DNA of 64,000 nt, taken from Sphingomonas sp. (GTDB lineage Bacteria; Pseudomonadota; Alphaproteobacteria; Sphingomonadales; Sphingomonadaceae). Below the pieces are notes generated by a model. It was not told where the DNA came from, did no database searches, and was given only the letters and a program-made list of their open reading frames with translations. This document shows, piece after piece, positions 17,690 to 27,706 of this stretch. The DNA is taken from assembly GCF_031372575.1 (NCBI RefSeq), contig NZ_JANMLM010000111.1:2750-66749 (forward strand), given 5' to 3'. The position numbers were made by a program, and so were the translations under genes. How positions within the stretch are numbered: the stretch's first letter is position 1; the number at the start of each line of letters is the position of its first letter.

Positions 17690-18594
17690 AGCCCTGCCAC
17701 GGTGAAAATCTCGTCAGGTCGCCAGGCGAGGCCGAGCGCCATCCGAAGCGCGACGGCCAAGATGATCAGCGACAGAGCGAGGCGCAGCAGGTCGGGCTTC
17801 ATCCGGGTGGCGAGGCGGGCGCCATATTGCGCCCCGATCACGCCGCCCAATAGCAACAGGCCAGCGAGCACGATGTCGACCGACTGGGTGGTCAGCGCGA
17901 GGATGAAGGTGGCCACCGCGCTGACCGCGACGATCATCACCAGACTGGTGCCGATGACGACCCGCGCCGCCATGCCGAGGATGTAGATCATTGCGGGCAC
18001 GAGGATGAACCCGCCGCCGATTCCGAGCAGGACGGTAAGTATGCCGGCGATGAAGCCCAGCGCCATCGGCGCGAGCGGGGAGATGTACAGGCCCGAAGCA
18101 TAGAAGCGCCAGCGCAGCGGCAGGCCGGCGACCCATTTGTTGTGGCGTTTGGGTGCGGCGCTGGCGGTGGCGCTGACCCAGCCGAGCGCGACCAGGGCAT
18201 CCTTGAGCATCAATCCGCCAATGCCGCCGAGCAGGATGACGTAGAGAAAGCCGATCAGGAGATCGATCTGGCCGCTGTTCTGGAGCAAGCGGAAAATGCC
18301 CGCCCCGGCCAGCGATCCAAGCAGGCCGCCGGCGATCATCACCCCGCCCATCCTGAAATCGACCCCGCCGCGCTTCCAATGGGCATAAGCGCCGGAGACC
18401 GATGCGCCGGTGATCTGGGTGGTTGCAGAGGCGACCGCGACGGTCGGCGGGATGCCGTAGAAGATCAGCAATGGCGTGGTCAGGAAGCCGCCGCCGACCC
18501 CGAACATCCCCGACAGCAAACCGACCACCCCGCCGAGCGCGATGATCAGCAAGGCGTTGACCGACATGCCGGCGATGGGAAGGTAAATGTCCAT
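17686..18594 (-). CDS. Sulfite exporter TauE/SafE family protein
   Basis: Repeated GxxxGxxGxGGG.L.P motifs (GMFGVGGGFLTTP, LLGIGGGFILVP). Confidence 0.9.
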   Translation of the reverse strand: MDIYLPIAGMSVNALLIIALGGVVGLLSGMFGVGGGFLTTPLLIFYGIPPTVAVASATTQITGASVSGAYAHWKRGGVDFRMGGVMIAGGLLGSLAGAGIFRLLQNSGQIDLLIGFLYVILLGGIGGLMLKDALVALGWVSATASAAPKRHNKWVAGLPLRWRFYASGLYISPLAPMALGFIAGILTVLLGIGGGFILVPAMIYILGMAARVVIGTSLVMIVAVSAVATFILALTTQSVDIVLAGLLLLGGVIGAQYGARLATRMKPDLLRLALSLIILAVALRMALGLAWRPDEIFTVAGL

Positions 18595-18655
18595 GAAGCC
18601 GCCGCCACGCTAGCGCCTGACGGGACCGCATTCTAGCCTTTGGCCAAGTCTAAGA

Positions 18656-19810
18656 TCAGAAGTCCGCTGCCAACGTCAGCGCCGGGCCCGATGGCGGCGC
18701 GGCATTGCCGACCAGTCGCTGGCGATAATCGGCATGGACCTTGATCCCGCGGCGGACATCCATGCTCACCCGTGGCCCGACATCGAGCCGGTACAGCCCG
18801 GGCTGGGCCGCGCCCCACACGCCGATCCCGGCGGATATATTGCGCCAGATCGGCCGGGTCAGCGTGGCCCCGCCGTCGACAAACAGGTCGCGGCGACGCA
18901 TCCCGACGACGCCGCCTTGGATATAGCCGTCGAGAAAAATCTTGTTGAACAGGGGGCGGTGGTAAATCCCGCCTTCCGCAAACAAAGCGAAGGCTGACCG
19001 TCCGCCAAACCGTCCTAGCCCTTCGCGGCGCTCGGCGTTGAGGGCGACCGGAATCGATCGGAACGGCTGATAGCGCACCCCGGCGGCGACTTCCGCGCCG
19101 CGCACCCCGCCCGCCGACGAGCTTGAGCGAAGCGACACGGCCAGCGCCTCGTTGAAGCGATAGGTCAGCCGCGCCCCGGCCTGGCTGCCGCCCAATGTCC
19201 CGCCGCTGGCGAGCGAGGTGGTCGGGATAATCCCCTTGCCGACGCCGCGCAGCAACGCCCAGGCGCTAAGCTGCAACCGGTCGAACCGCGCGGGCTTGAT
19301 CGGGGCGGGGGTGACCGCAATGGGTCCGCCGCCACCACTTCGTCTGCCGGGCACGGGCGGGGTCGAATATTGCGGCCATGGCTCGGGCTGTAGCGGGACG
19401 TAATAGACCGGCTGCGGATTGGGCATCAATCCCGCCCAGCCACCGCTACTGCCACCGCCACTCCCGCCGCCTATGCCGCCGCGCTGGGCCGGGGCCGAGA
19501 CTCCGGCCGGCCAATATGCGGGGACTACAATCGTTCGCTGGCCGGGCGGATAAGCGGGGTAAGCGGTTGGGTAGCCGCTATAGGAAGGGCCGTAGCCCGG
19601 GCCATAAGCTGGTCCGTAATAAGCGGGCTGCGGCACCGGGTCGGGCGGCGGCGGGGGATCGAAGTGGGTCTGCGGGGCGCTTGGCAGATTGGCCGCCAAC
19701 GGGCTGGGTGGCGCAACCGACGTGCTGCCGGGAAAAAAGCCGAGACTTGCCGCGCGAACACCGACCCATGCAAAGACTGCAAGTCCGAGGAAGCGCAGCG
19801 AATTGCTCAT
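18656..19810 (-). CDS. NfrA-like outer-membrane beta-barrel protein with an N-terminal anchor and a Pro/Tyr/Gly-rich linker
   Basis: ATG at 19810 overlaps the GT stop. The C-terminus has alternating beta-strands (LDVGPRVS..., DYRQRLVGNA.P.SGPALTLAADF) ending in F. Confidence 0.55.
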   Translation of the reverse strand: MSNSLRFLGLAVFAWVGVRAASLGFFPGSTSVAPPSPLAANLPSAPQTHFDPPPPPDPVPQPAYYGPAYGPGYGPSYSGYPTAYPAYPPGQRTIVVPAYWPAGVSAPAQRGGIGGGSGGGSSGGWAGLMPNPQPVYYVPLQPEPWPQYSTPPVPGRRSGGGGPIAVTPAPIKPARFDRLQLSAWALLRGVGKGIIPTTSLASGGTLGGSQAGARLTYRFNEALAVSLRSSSSAGGVRGAEVAAGVRYQPFRSIPVALNAERREGLGRFGGRSAFALFAEGGIYHRPLFNKIFLDGYIQGGVVGMRRRDLFVDGGATLTRPIWRNISAGIGVWGAAQPGLYRLDVGPRVSMDVRRGIKVHADYRQRLVGNAAPPSGPALTLAADF

Positions 19811-21210
19811 CCGACAGGCTCCTTGGCGATGCGCTCCCCGGCCATGCGCTCGTCGGCGGGAAAGATATGGCGGGTTTTCTCCCATGTCTTGGGGCCGCCC
19901 TTGGCGTGGAGCGCGACCGCGCGCTTGACCGCGAGCATGGCAATGACATTGCCGACCAACAGCCGCGGGATCGACAGCAGGCCCTGGCCGATGCCGTAGG
20001 TCGCGGTGACGAAACCGAAGCGCATCGCGATCCGCCACGCCAGCAGCACTGCATTGATCTTGAGCAGCCCCATCAGCAGCGGCGACGCCGCAAGCGCCAC
20101 CGGCGCGCCAAGGCCTGCCGCAATCCACAATTGCAGCCACAGCAGGATGGCGACGTAACCCGCGATCAGCAGTAGCGCCGCCAACGGCCCGCGCCGGTCG
20201 CGCATCCGCATCCAGCGCTCACCAATCCCGCCGCTCCACCCCAGCCGTTCCCACCCGGCCAGCGCGATTCCGCCGATCCAGCGGGCCTTCTGGCGCACCG
20301 CGGCGTCGAGCGTTGCGGGGAAGTGGCCCCGACTGGAGACAATCGAGCGACTTCCCGCCACGACGGGAATGCGCACGAACATGGTCTTGTCGGCAAACGC
20401 CCCGACGCGCAGGCCGAGCTCATAATCTTCGGTCATGCATTGCGCCGCGAACGGGTGGCCATGATTGTCGGCCGCCAGGCGGGCAATGGCGTCGCGGGCG
20501 ATGGCGCAGCCGACCCCGGCGAGCGGGATCGACGCGCCAACCGCCTCGCGCACCACCAGTTCCTTGCCGTGGCTCTCGGCAAATTCATCGCAATAATGGC
20601 CGCTGATCCAGCGTGATTCGGGGTCGGGCAGCGGGATCACCGGCAATTGCACCAGCGCCGCTTTTTCGGTCATCACGTCGAACAAAGCGAGTTCGAGCGG
20701 GTGGACCAGATCCTCGGCATCGTGGAGCACGATCGCCTTGGCGATCCATGCACCGCGACATTCAGCGGCGAGCAAGGCGTCGTACAGGCGGTTGAGGCAG
20801 TCGGCCTTGGTGGTCGGCCCATGTTCCTCGACCAGCACGGCCTCGACCCGCGGGTCGTCGACCTGCCCGATCGCGGCTTCGGTCAGCGGGTCATTGGCGT
20901 AAAAGCCGACGAAGATGCGGTAATCACCGTCGCCCCAGCGACGCAACGTCGATCGCAGCATGTCGGCGATCACCGCCGATTCGTCCCACGCCGGAATGAA
21001 CACCGCGATCCGGCCCGGCTTGGCGGGTGCAGGCAGACTGGCGGCGAAAGCGCGGGGGTAGCGGCTGTATATTGCGAGCGATCGCCACAGCCGGCGCGCG
21101 AAATAGATCAGGTCGACGACCAGATCGTCCACCGCAAACAACAGGAAGCCAACTGCGGCGAACAGAGCAAGCTCTGCCGCAATGTCGGTCAGGATAAACG
21201 CCAGGGACAT
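19807..21210 (-). CDS. NfrB-like processive GT2 glycosyltransferase
   Basis: Motifs IPAWDE, KADCLN, HDAED, EDY and RQKARW, with N- and C-terminal TM helices. Confidence 0.8.
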   Translation of the reverse strand: MSLAFILTDIAAELALFAAVGFLLFAVDDLVVDLIYFARRLWRSLAIYSRYPRAFAASLPAPAKPGRIAVFIPAWDESAVIADMLRSTLRRWGDGDYRIFVGFYANDPLTEAAIGQVDDPRVEAVLVEEHGPTTKADCLNRLYDALLAAECRGAWIAKAIVLHDAEDLVHPLELALFDVMTEKAALVQLPVIPLPDPESRWISGHYCDEFAESHGKELVVREAVGASIPLAGVGCAIARDAIARLAADNHGHPFAAQCMTEDYELGLRVGAFADKTMFVRIPVVAGSRSIVSSRGHFPATLDAAVRQKARWIGGIALAGWERLGWSGGIGERWMRMRDRRGPLAALLLIAGYVAILLWLQLWIAAGLGAPVALAASPLLMGLLKINAVLLAWRIAMRFGFVTATYGIGQGLLSIPRLLVGNVIAMLAVKRAVALHAKGGPKTWEKTRHIFPADERMAGERIAKEPVG

Positions 21211-21446
21211 GGGTACGCGCTCCGTCGGCTAAACTGAGGCGCAGTGAAGATTCGTGGTTAAGATAGCTCGCATGCCGCCCCCAATATTGTGAGTCGTTAA
21301 CACCGAGCGAGCGAAACATGTCACATTGGACTTAACAGAACAAGAACAACCGTGATGGAGGTATCGCCGGCGATCCGCGACGGTTGGGGCGGGCTCGGCG
21401 CGGCGCGACCCGATTAACAATCGACCTGCCCCAAAACAGGGCATTG

Positions 21447-21462
21447 TTTAACTTTCATTAAC
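21447..21462 (+). promoter_or_regulatory. CtrA-box-like site upstream of the pilin
   Basis: TTTA-ACTTTCA-TTAAC versus the consensus TTAA-N7-TTAAC. More TTAAC half-sites at 21297, 21332 and 21414. Confidence 0.55.
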
Positions 21463-21588
21463 AAGCTCGCTTGACTTTTAGTTCACCATTTCGCAGAGGC
21501 GAGTTTGGCGTTTCGAATGCGTCAATCCGATCATTTTGAAGTGCTGCGGGGGGCAAAGTCCGGCACGCTTCAGGCAAGGGTGCGGGCC

Positions 21589-21777
21589 ATGAACGACCGT
21601 CGAGGATTGCTTAAAAATCGCAACGGGGCCGCGGCCGCGGAATATGCGCTGGTGCTGGCGATTGCCGGCGCTGCGCTGACCTTTGGTGCGCTCGCGCTTG
21701 GCACCGCAATCACCGATTCGGCCGGCAATGACAGCCAGTGCATCGCCGCCACCGCCTCGACCAACGCCGACTGCTGA
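21589..21777 (+). CDS. Flp/Tad type IVb pilin
   Basis: Short leader, then G|AAAAEYALVLAI prepilin cleavage motif (E+5, Y+6) and a hydrophobic helix. Confidence 0.8.
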   Translation: MNDRRGLLKNRNGAAAAEYALVLAIAGAALTFGALALGTAITDSAGNDSQCIAATASTNADC

Positions 21778-21822
21778 TCCTTAGCACTTGATTTCGCCCG
21801 CTCGACCCCGGACGAGGGGCTG

Positions 21823-22272
21823 ATGCTGACCGTCTCGCTCATCCTGTCCCTAACGATTGCTGCCAGTGGCGACTGGGCGGCGTTCGATCGCGGGGGTTCG
21901 TGCGAGGCGGTATCACGATCCTTGTCGGTGCCGCGAAAAGGCGACGATCAGCCGCGGGTCGCCATCACTTTCGATCGCGCCGGATTGCGCCGCGGGGAAG
22001 TATCGGTCCGGTTGCGGCGGGCGGTGCGACCGGGATCATCGGTGATCCTGACGATCGGCGAGCAACCCTTCCTGCTGCCCGGGCGCGGCGGCGATGCCTG
22101 GAGCCGCGGGCCGCGCCAGGAAAGCGCGATCATCGCCGCGATTCGCCGCGAGGCCGGGATGCGGGTCGAAGCGCGCGACACGGCTGGTCGGCGGACGGTC
22201 GATCGTTACTCGCTCGGCGGCGCACCGACCGCGATCGATGCGGCCGCTGCCCGGTGCGCAAGCAAGCGCTAG
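21823..22272 (+). CDS. Exported hypothetical protein (IalB-like family usually found upstream of rlmN)
   Basis: Signal peptide, W.AF...C motif, and terminal AIDAAAARC. Confidence 0.6.
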   Translation: MLTVSLILSLTIAASGDWAAFDRGGSCEAVSRSLSVPRKGDDQPRVAITFDRAGLRRGEVSVRLRRAVRPGSSVILTIGEQPFLLPGRGGDAWSRGPRQESAIIAAIRREAGMRVEARDTAGRRTVDRYSLGGAPTAIDAAAARCASKR

Positions 22273-22309
22273 AAATTTCGCCACAATCCCACTACATGGC
22301 GGCTCATCC

Positions 22310-23497
22310 ATGAGCGCCGATACCACCCTGATGTCGATCCCCGGACCGGCCGACCCCTTGCCCGTGCCCCGCGCGGCGGTTCCGCGCGCCGATGGCAAGG
22401 TCGAGCTGATCGGGCTTCCCCGCGAGAAGATTCGCGCGGCGTTGGAGGGTGCCGGGCTCGAGCCCAAGCAGGCCAAGCTGCGCGCCAAGCAGATCTGGCA
22501 CTGGATCTATAATCGCGGGGTCGGCGATTTCACCGCGATGACCGATGTCGGCAAGGCGCTGCAAGCGTGGCTGACCGAGCGGTTCGTCGTTACCCGGCCC
22601 GAAGTGATCGAGGCGCAAGTGTCGACCGATGGCACGCGCAAGTGGCTGCTCCGCACGCATGATGGCCATGATTTCGAAATGGTGTTCATTCCCGACGCCG
22701 ACCGCGGGACCTTGTGCGTCTCGAGCCAAGTCGGTTGCACCTTGAACTGCACCTTCTGCCACACCGGGACGATGAAGCTGGTGCGCAATCTCGATCCGGC
22801 GGAGATTGTCGGTCAGGTGATGCTGGCCCGCGACGCGCTTGGCGAATGGCCGTCATCGCAAGAGGGGCGGATGCTGACCAACATCGTGATGATGGGGATG
22901 GGCGAGCCGCTGTATAATTTCGATAATGTTCGCGATGCCTTGAAGATCGTGATGGACGGCGACGGGCTTGGGCTGTCGAAGCGCCGGATCACATTGTCGA
23001 CCTCGGGCGTGGTGCCGATGATGGCCCGCGCGGGCGAGGAGATCGGGGTCAATCTGGCGGTTTCCCTTCACGCGGTAACGAAGGAAGTGCGCGACGAGAT
23101 TGTGCCGATCAACCGCAAATATGGCATTGAGCAATTGCTGCAGGCGTGCGCCGATTATCCCGGTGCCAATAATGCGCGGCGGATCACGTTCGAATATGTC
23201 ATGCTCAAGGACAAGAATGACAGCGACGCGGATGCGCGCGAATTGGTGCGGCTGATCCACGCTTATGATCTGCCCGCCAAGGTCAACCTGATCCCGTTCA
23301 ATCCGTGGGAGGGTTCGGCCTATTTGTGCTCGACCCCGGAGCGAATCAAAAGCTTCTCGAGCATCATCTTCGCCGCCGGAATTTCCGCGCCCGTGCGAAC
23401 TCCCAGGGGGCGCGACATCGACGCCGCCTGCGGCCAGTTGAAGACCGCCGCCGAGAAAAAGAGCCGCGCCCAGCTTGATCGCGAAGCCGCCGCTTAA
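22310..23497 (+). CDS. rlmN: 23S rRNA m2A2503/tRNA m2A37 radical SAM methyltransferase
   Basis: [24 protein letters not shown] and DIDAACGQL. Confidence 0.97.
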   Translation: MSADTTLMSIPGPADPLPVPRAAVPRADGKVELIGLPREKIRAALEGAGLEPKQAKLRAKQIWHWIYNRGVGDFTAMTDVGKALQAWLTERFVVTRPEVIEAQVSTDGTRKWLLRTHDGHDFEMVFIPDADRGTLCVSSQVGCTLNCTFCHTGTMKLVRNLDPAEIVGQVMLARDALGEWPSSQEGRMLTNIVMMGMGEPLYNFDNVRDALKIVMDGDGLGLSKRRITLSTSGVVPMMARAGEEIGVNLAVSLHAVTKEVRDEIVPINRKYGIEQLLQACADYPGANNARRITFEYVMLKDKNDSDADARELVRLIHAYDLPAKVNLIPFNPWEGSAYLCSTPERIKSFSSIIFAAGISAPVRTPRGRDIDAACGQLKTAAEKKSRAQLDREAAA

Positions 23498-23507
23498 AGT
23501 CCAAGCG

Positions 23508-23537
23508 TAACTATTGCAGTGTTTGACCGAATAGTTA
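23508..23537. promoter_or_regulatory. Perfect 8-14-8 inverted repeat in the cfa promoter
   Basis: TAACTATT-N14-AATAGTTA, overlapping a possible TTGCAG-N16-TAGGCT promoter. Confidence 0.5.
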
Positions 23538-23562
23538 GGCTTACTCGCAAGGAGAATTCGGC

Positions 23563-24840
23563 ATGGCGCTGATTGACAAATTGCTCGGCAAACTGATCCG
23601 CAAGGGCCAGCTGACTGTCATCATGCCGGGCGGCGAGCTGCATGTGTTCGGTCCGGGCGGCGGCAAGTCGCTGACGGTCCGCGTCGCCGATCGCAAGACC
23701 GCCTTCGCCATCGCGCGCAATCCGCGCCTCGGCTTGGGCGAGGCCTATATGGACGGCAAGGTGACGGTCGATGACGGCGACATCCTCGACCTAATGCAAT
23801 TGATCATCGGCGCCAATCCGTGGGAAGCGAAGGGCGGTGGCCGCAAGGCGCTAAACAAGGGCAAGCGCAAGTGGATCAACCTGTTCCGCCGCAACGAGGC
23901 CAAGCAATCGCGCAAGAACGTCGCGCATCATTACGATGTTGGCAACGACCTCTATCGCCTGTTTCTCGACGATGACCTGCAATATAGTTGCGCGTACTTC
24001 ACTGACCCGGGCAACAGCCTGGAGCGGGCGCAGTCAGACAAGAAAGCGCACATCGCCGCCAAGCTCAACCTCAAGCCTGGCCTGAAGGTGCTCGACATCG
24101 GCTGCGGCTGGGGCGGGACCGCGCTTTATCTGAACCGCGTCGCTGACGTCGACGTGCTCGGGGTGACGCTGAGCGAGGAGCAATTGAAGGTCGCCCGCCA
24201 GCGCGCTGCGGACGCCGGGGTATCCGACCGGGTCAAGTTCGAGCTGATCGATTATCGCTCGGTGACCGGCACCTATGACCGGATTGTCTCGATCGGCATG
24301 TTCGAACATGTCGGAGCCAGGCATTTCGACGAATTCTTCGCCACCTGCCGCGAATTGCTGACCGACGACGGCGTGATGCTGCTTCACACGATCGGCAAAT
24401 ATGGCAAATCCAGTGCGCCCGATCCGTTCACCGACAAATGGATTTTCCCGGGCTATCATTTGCCCTCGATCAGCCAGCTTTCCGCGTCGACCGAGAAGAT
24501 GAAGTTCATCATCAGCGACTTCGAGATTTTGCGGCGGCACTATGGTTATACGCTGACCCATTGGCTGCGGCGGACGCAGCAGGCCAGGGCCAAGATCATC
24601 GCGCTTTACGACGAGCGCTTTTACCGGATGTGGGAATTCTACCTCGCCGGCGGGGTGGTTGCGTTCGAAAATGGATCGATGTGCAACTTCCAGGTGCAAT
24701 ATGTCCGTGACCGCAACGCGCTGCCGATAACCCGCGATTACATGATCGAGGCTGAGCGACGCTATCGCGAGATTGGCGACGCGCCACCGCCCGCTCCAAA
24801 ACCGAAGCGAGCGCGCGCTAAGAAACTGACGCCTGCTTAG
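23563..24840 (+). CDS. cfa: Cyclopropane-fatty-acyl-phospholipid synthase family methyltransferase
   Basis: HYDVGNDLY, YSCAYF, VLDIGCGWGG, SIGMFEHVG and FPG motifs. Confidence 0.9.
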   Translation: MALIDKLLGKLIRKGQLTVIMPGGELHVFGPGGGKSLTVRVADRKTAFAIARNPRLGLGEAYMDGKVTVDDGDILDLMQLIIGANPWEAKGGGRKALNKGKRKWINLFRRNEAKQSRKNVAHHYDVGNDLYRLFLDDDLQYSCAYFTDPGNSLERAQSDKKAHIAAKLNLKPGLKVLDIGCGWGGTALYLNRVADVDVLGVTLSEEQLKVARQRAADAGVSDRVKFELIDYRSVTGTYDRIVSIGMFEHVGARHFDEFFATCRELLTDDGVMLLHTIGKYGKSSAPDPFTDKWIFPGYHLPSISQLSASTEKMKFIISDFEILRRHYGYTLTHWLRRTQQARAKIIALYDERFYRMWEFYLAGGVVAFENGSMCNFQVQYVRDRNALPITRDYMIEAERRYREIGDAPPPAPKPKRARAKKLTPA

Positions 24841-26885
24841 CGGCCCCTGAGCTCGGCCACCAAGGCCGGAGCGGGATAAATATGCTCGAGCGCTTGCTGG
24901 ATGGCGTCGGTCGAGACCGCGACGGTGCGGTTGATCGTCCCGTCATAGCCGTAATTGCCGCCGAGCGAGTTGATGTTGCCATCGAACGCCGCGCCGATCA
25001 CCGCACCTGACTTGTCGATCACTGGCGATCCCGAATTGCCGCCGATGATGTCGTTGGTCGTGACAAAGTCATAGGTCGCCCGGCCGTCGATCTTGGCGCG
25101 ATTGGCGATGAACGCGGGAGGCAGGTCGAACGGATCGGCGCCGGTCGCGCGGTCGAAGGTGCCCGCCAGCACGGTTCGAGTCGGAACCATCTGGCCACGC
25201 TCCATCCAACCCGCGACCTTGCCGTAACTGACGCGGAGCGTGAACGTCGCGTCGGGATATTGGGTCGCGCCATAGGCCGCGAACCGGGCATCGGCGAGCT
25301 TGGCCTGGGCAGCGGTCAGCGGTCCGTCGACCTCGGCATCGAAGCGCTTCTGCAACCCGCGATCATTGGCATCGAGGGTCCGCGCATAGACGATCATCGG
25401 ATCGGTCGAGGCGGCGATTGCGGCCTGGCCCCCGTCCCACAATGTCTTGCGCACGGCGGGATCGGCCAGCTTGGTGCCGCCGACCAGCCGCGCGGCGAGC
25501 GCTTCTGGCGATTCCTTGCCGAGCAGCAATTTGGTCTGGGGATCGTCAGCGCCGAGATATTCACGCGACTTGGACAGCGACCAGTCCATCGTCAACTGGT
25601 CGAGCCACGGAGTGATGGGTCGCTCGTCGAGTAGCCTTTTTTCGACCAACGGAAGCGATGAATCCGAATAGCCTGGATAGCGGTCGGCATTGGGCTTGGT
25701 CCGCTCGGCGGCGGCGCGGACCAGGGTCATGGCATAACCGAACAGATCGCCCGACGGCGTCGAGAAGCGGCGCGCGATGTAGAAGTTGCGGTAGGCGCGC
25801 ATGGCCGCATCGACTTCGGTCCACGGATTGGCACTACCGGCGGTCAGCGTGCGGCGCTGGAGATCGGCTTCGGCGGCGGCCAGCTTGCCGGTGAACGCCG
25901 GATCGCCGAGCGCCTTGACCCGTCCGATCTGGACCTTGAGGCTGTTTTCGATCCCGCCCAAGGTCTCGAACGCTTCACGGTGACGCTCGGGGCTTTGCGC
26001 CATCGCGGTGATCAGGCGGCCGCGATATTCTGAAAAGGTCGCGAGCGTGATCGGCAGCGCCACTTCGCGCTGGAAGGCAAGCTGCGCCTGGGTTTGCAAA
26101 CGGGCGGTCGATCCGGGGTTGCCGACGACGAACGTCGCTTCGCCATCGATCGGTGCGCGCGCTGCCCATTTGAGATGCTGCGGGGTCGCGACCGGCTTGC
26201 CATTTTCGTAGGCGCGCAGGAAGCTGGCATCCATTGAATAGCGCGGGAAATTGAAATTGTCGGGATCGCCGCCGAATTGCGCGGCTTGCGCTTCGGGTGT
26301 CCACACCAGCCGGACGTCGGAATATTTGCGATAGGTGTAGAGTTTGTACTGGCCGCCACCGTAGAGGCTGACGACCTGGCAGCGGGTCGTCGCGGTTTCG
26401 GCGCAACCCGCTTTTTCGATATCGGCGATGACCGCCGAGCGCGCCTTGACCGCGGCCTCGCCCTTGGCAGCGCCGATTGCGGCTTTGACCCGCGGCGTTA
26501 CGTCGGCGATTGAGGTCACCACCTCGGCTTGCTGTCCGGCGCACTTCAACTCACGTTCACGGCTGACGGCGGTGTAGCCAGTCTTGAGCAGGTTGTTGGC
26601 ATCAGTCGAATTGTCTTCGGTGCAGCCTGCGACGCAATGATGGTTGGTCAGGATCAGCCCGTCGGGCGAGACGAAGCTGGCCGAGCAGCCGCCGGTCAGA
26701 CGCACTGCCGCGCCGCGCACTTTGTCGAGCCACGCCTGGTCGGGCGCCCAGCCGTAAGCGGCCTTCATCTTGGCGGCGGGGAAAGCGTCGATCGTCCACA
26801 TGCCCTCGTCGGCATTGGCGGCGGCGAGGGGGAGCGAAACGAACGACAGGAAGGCGGCAGCGCGCGCAATGCGGTTGGAAGACAA
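24837..26885 (-). CDS. S46 family dipeptidyl peptidase, exported
   Basis: ADEGMW, GCSASFVS.DGLILTNHHC and DIIGGNSGSP. Likely TTG start after an AAGGGG RBS. Confidence 0.92.
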   Translation of the reverse strand: MSSNRIARAAAFLSFVSLPLAAANADEGMWTIDAFPAAKMKAAYGWAPDQAWLDKVRGAAVRLTGGCSASFVSPDGLILTNHHCVAGCTEDNSTDANNLLKTGYTAVSRERELKCAGQQAEVVTSIADVTPRVKAAIGAAKGEAAVKARSAVIADIEKAGCAETATTRCQVVSLYGGGQYKLYTYRKYSDVRLVWTPEAQAAQFGGDPDNFNFPRYSMDASFLRAYENGKPVATPQHLKWAARAPIDGEATFVVGNPGSTARLQTQAQLAFQREVALPITLATFSEYRGRLITAMAQSPERHREAFETLGGIENSLKVQIGRVKALGDPAFTGKLAAAEADLQRRTLTAGSANPWTEVDAAMRAYRNFYIARRFSTPSGDLFGYAMTLVRAAAERTKPNADRYPGYSDSSLPLVEKRLLDERPITPWLDQLTMDWSLSKSREYLGADDPQTKLLLGKESPEALAARLVGGTKLADPAVRKTLWDGGQAAIAASTDPMIVYARTLDANDRGLQKRFDAEVDGPLTAAQAKLADARFAAYGATQYPDATFTLRVSYGKVAGWMERGQMVPTRTVLAGTFDRATGADPFDLPPAFIANRAKIDGRATYDFVTTNDIIGGNSGSPVIDKSGAVIGAAFDGNINSLGGNYGYDGTINRTVAVSTDAIQQALEHIYPAPALVAELRGR

Positions 26886-26928
26886 GATAATCCCCTTGAG
26901 GCTGGATGGTCGCGGCGCAGACTGCCCG

Positions 26929-26960
26929 AAAAAAAGGGCCCGGCGCAATGCCGGACCCTT
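26929..26960 (-). terminator. Intrinsic terminator of the EF-hand gene
   Basis: Minus strand AAGGGTCCGGC-ATTGC-GCCGGGCCC followed by a run of 7 T. Confidence 0.8.
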
Positions 26961-26984
26961 GGTTATTCGACGAAAGGCGGAGGC

Positions 26985-27614
26985 TTAAAGCGTGCGGCCG
27001 CGCTGAAGCTTCATTTGCCCGTGCATCGCCTTGCGTTCGTCGGGCGTCACCTGCCCATTGTGATCGGCATCGGCACGATCAAACCGCTGCAGCGACGCGG
27101 CGGTCAATTCCTGAAGCGAGATGCGACCATCATTATTGGCGTCGGCCATCTTGAGCATATGCGCGCCCATTCCGCCGCCGCCCATCCGGTAACCGCCGGC
27201 CGGACGATCGCCCGGCATGACGGTCGGCGCGGTGCCGCGGCCACCCATGCTTTGCCCACGCGGTTGGCGAAAGCTGTCATATTCCGAGCGACTGATCATG
27301 TTGTCGCGGTTGCGGTCGAGCCATTCGAACGCAGCCTGTTGACGACGTTCCTTGCGTGCGTCGCGTCCGTGGTTTTGCCCGCCCATCGCCTGCATCTCAT
27401 CCGCAGCGATGAAGCCGTCGCGATTGGAATCCATCTTGGCAAAATGTTTTTGCGCCTTGGCAACGACCTCCGCGCGGGTCTGGACCCGGTTGCCGCCCCC
27501 GTCTTGCTGCGGCATGTTCATCGCCGGGGTCTCCACCGTCGGCGGTTGCATGCCTTGCGCGAAGGCGGCACCGGCCATTGCCATTGCCGCAGTACCAATC
27601 AAAAACTTGGTCAT
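26985..27614 (-). CDS. Exported EF-hand calcium-binding protein (4 loops)
   Basis: DSNRDGFIAADE, DRNRDNMISRSE, DANNDGRISLQE and DADHNGQVTPDE, plus a signal peptide. Confidence 0.85.
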   Translation of the reverse strand: MTKFLIGTAAMAMAGAAFAQGMQPPTVETPAMNMPQQDGGGNRVQTRAEVVAKAQKHFAKMDSNRDGFIAADEMQAMGGQNHGRDARKERRQQAAFEWLDRNRDNMISRSEYDSFRQPRGQSMGGRGTAPTVMPGDRPAGGYRMGGGGMGAHMLKMADANNDGRISLQELTAASLQRFDRADADHNGQVTPDERKAMHGQMKLQRGRTL

Positions 27615-27706
27615 GATCGTCTCCCTCATCAATGCTGAACCGGGAATAAACGCCGCTTCCTGTATCGCGCTTGAATGGCGCGGTGCGTGGTGGCAAGCGG
27701 CTGGCC

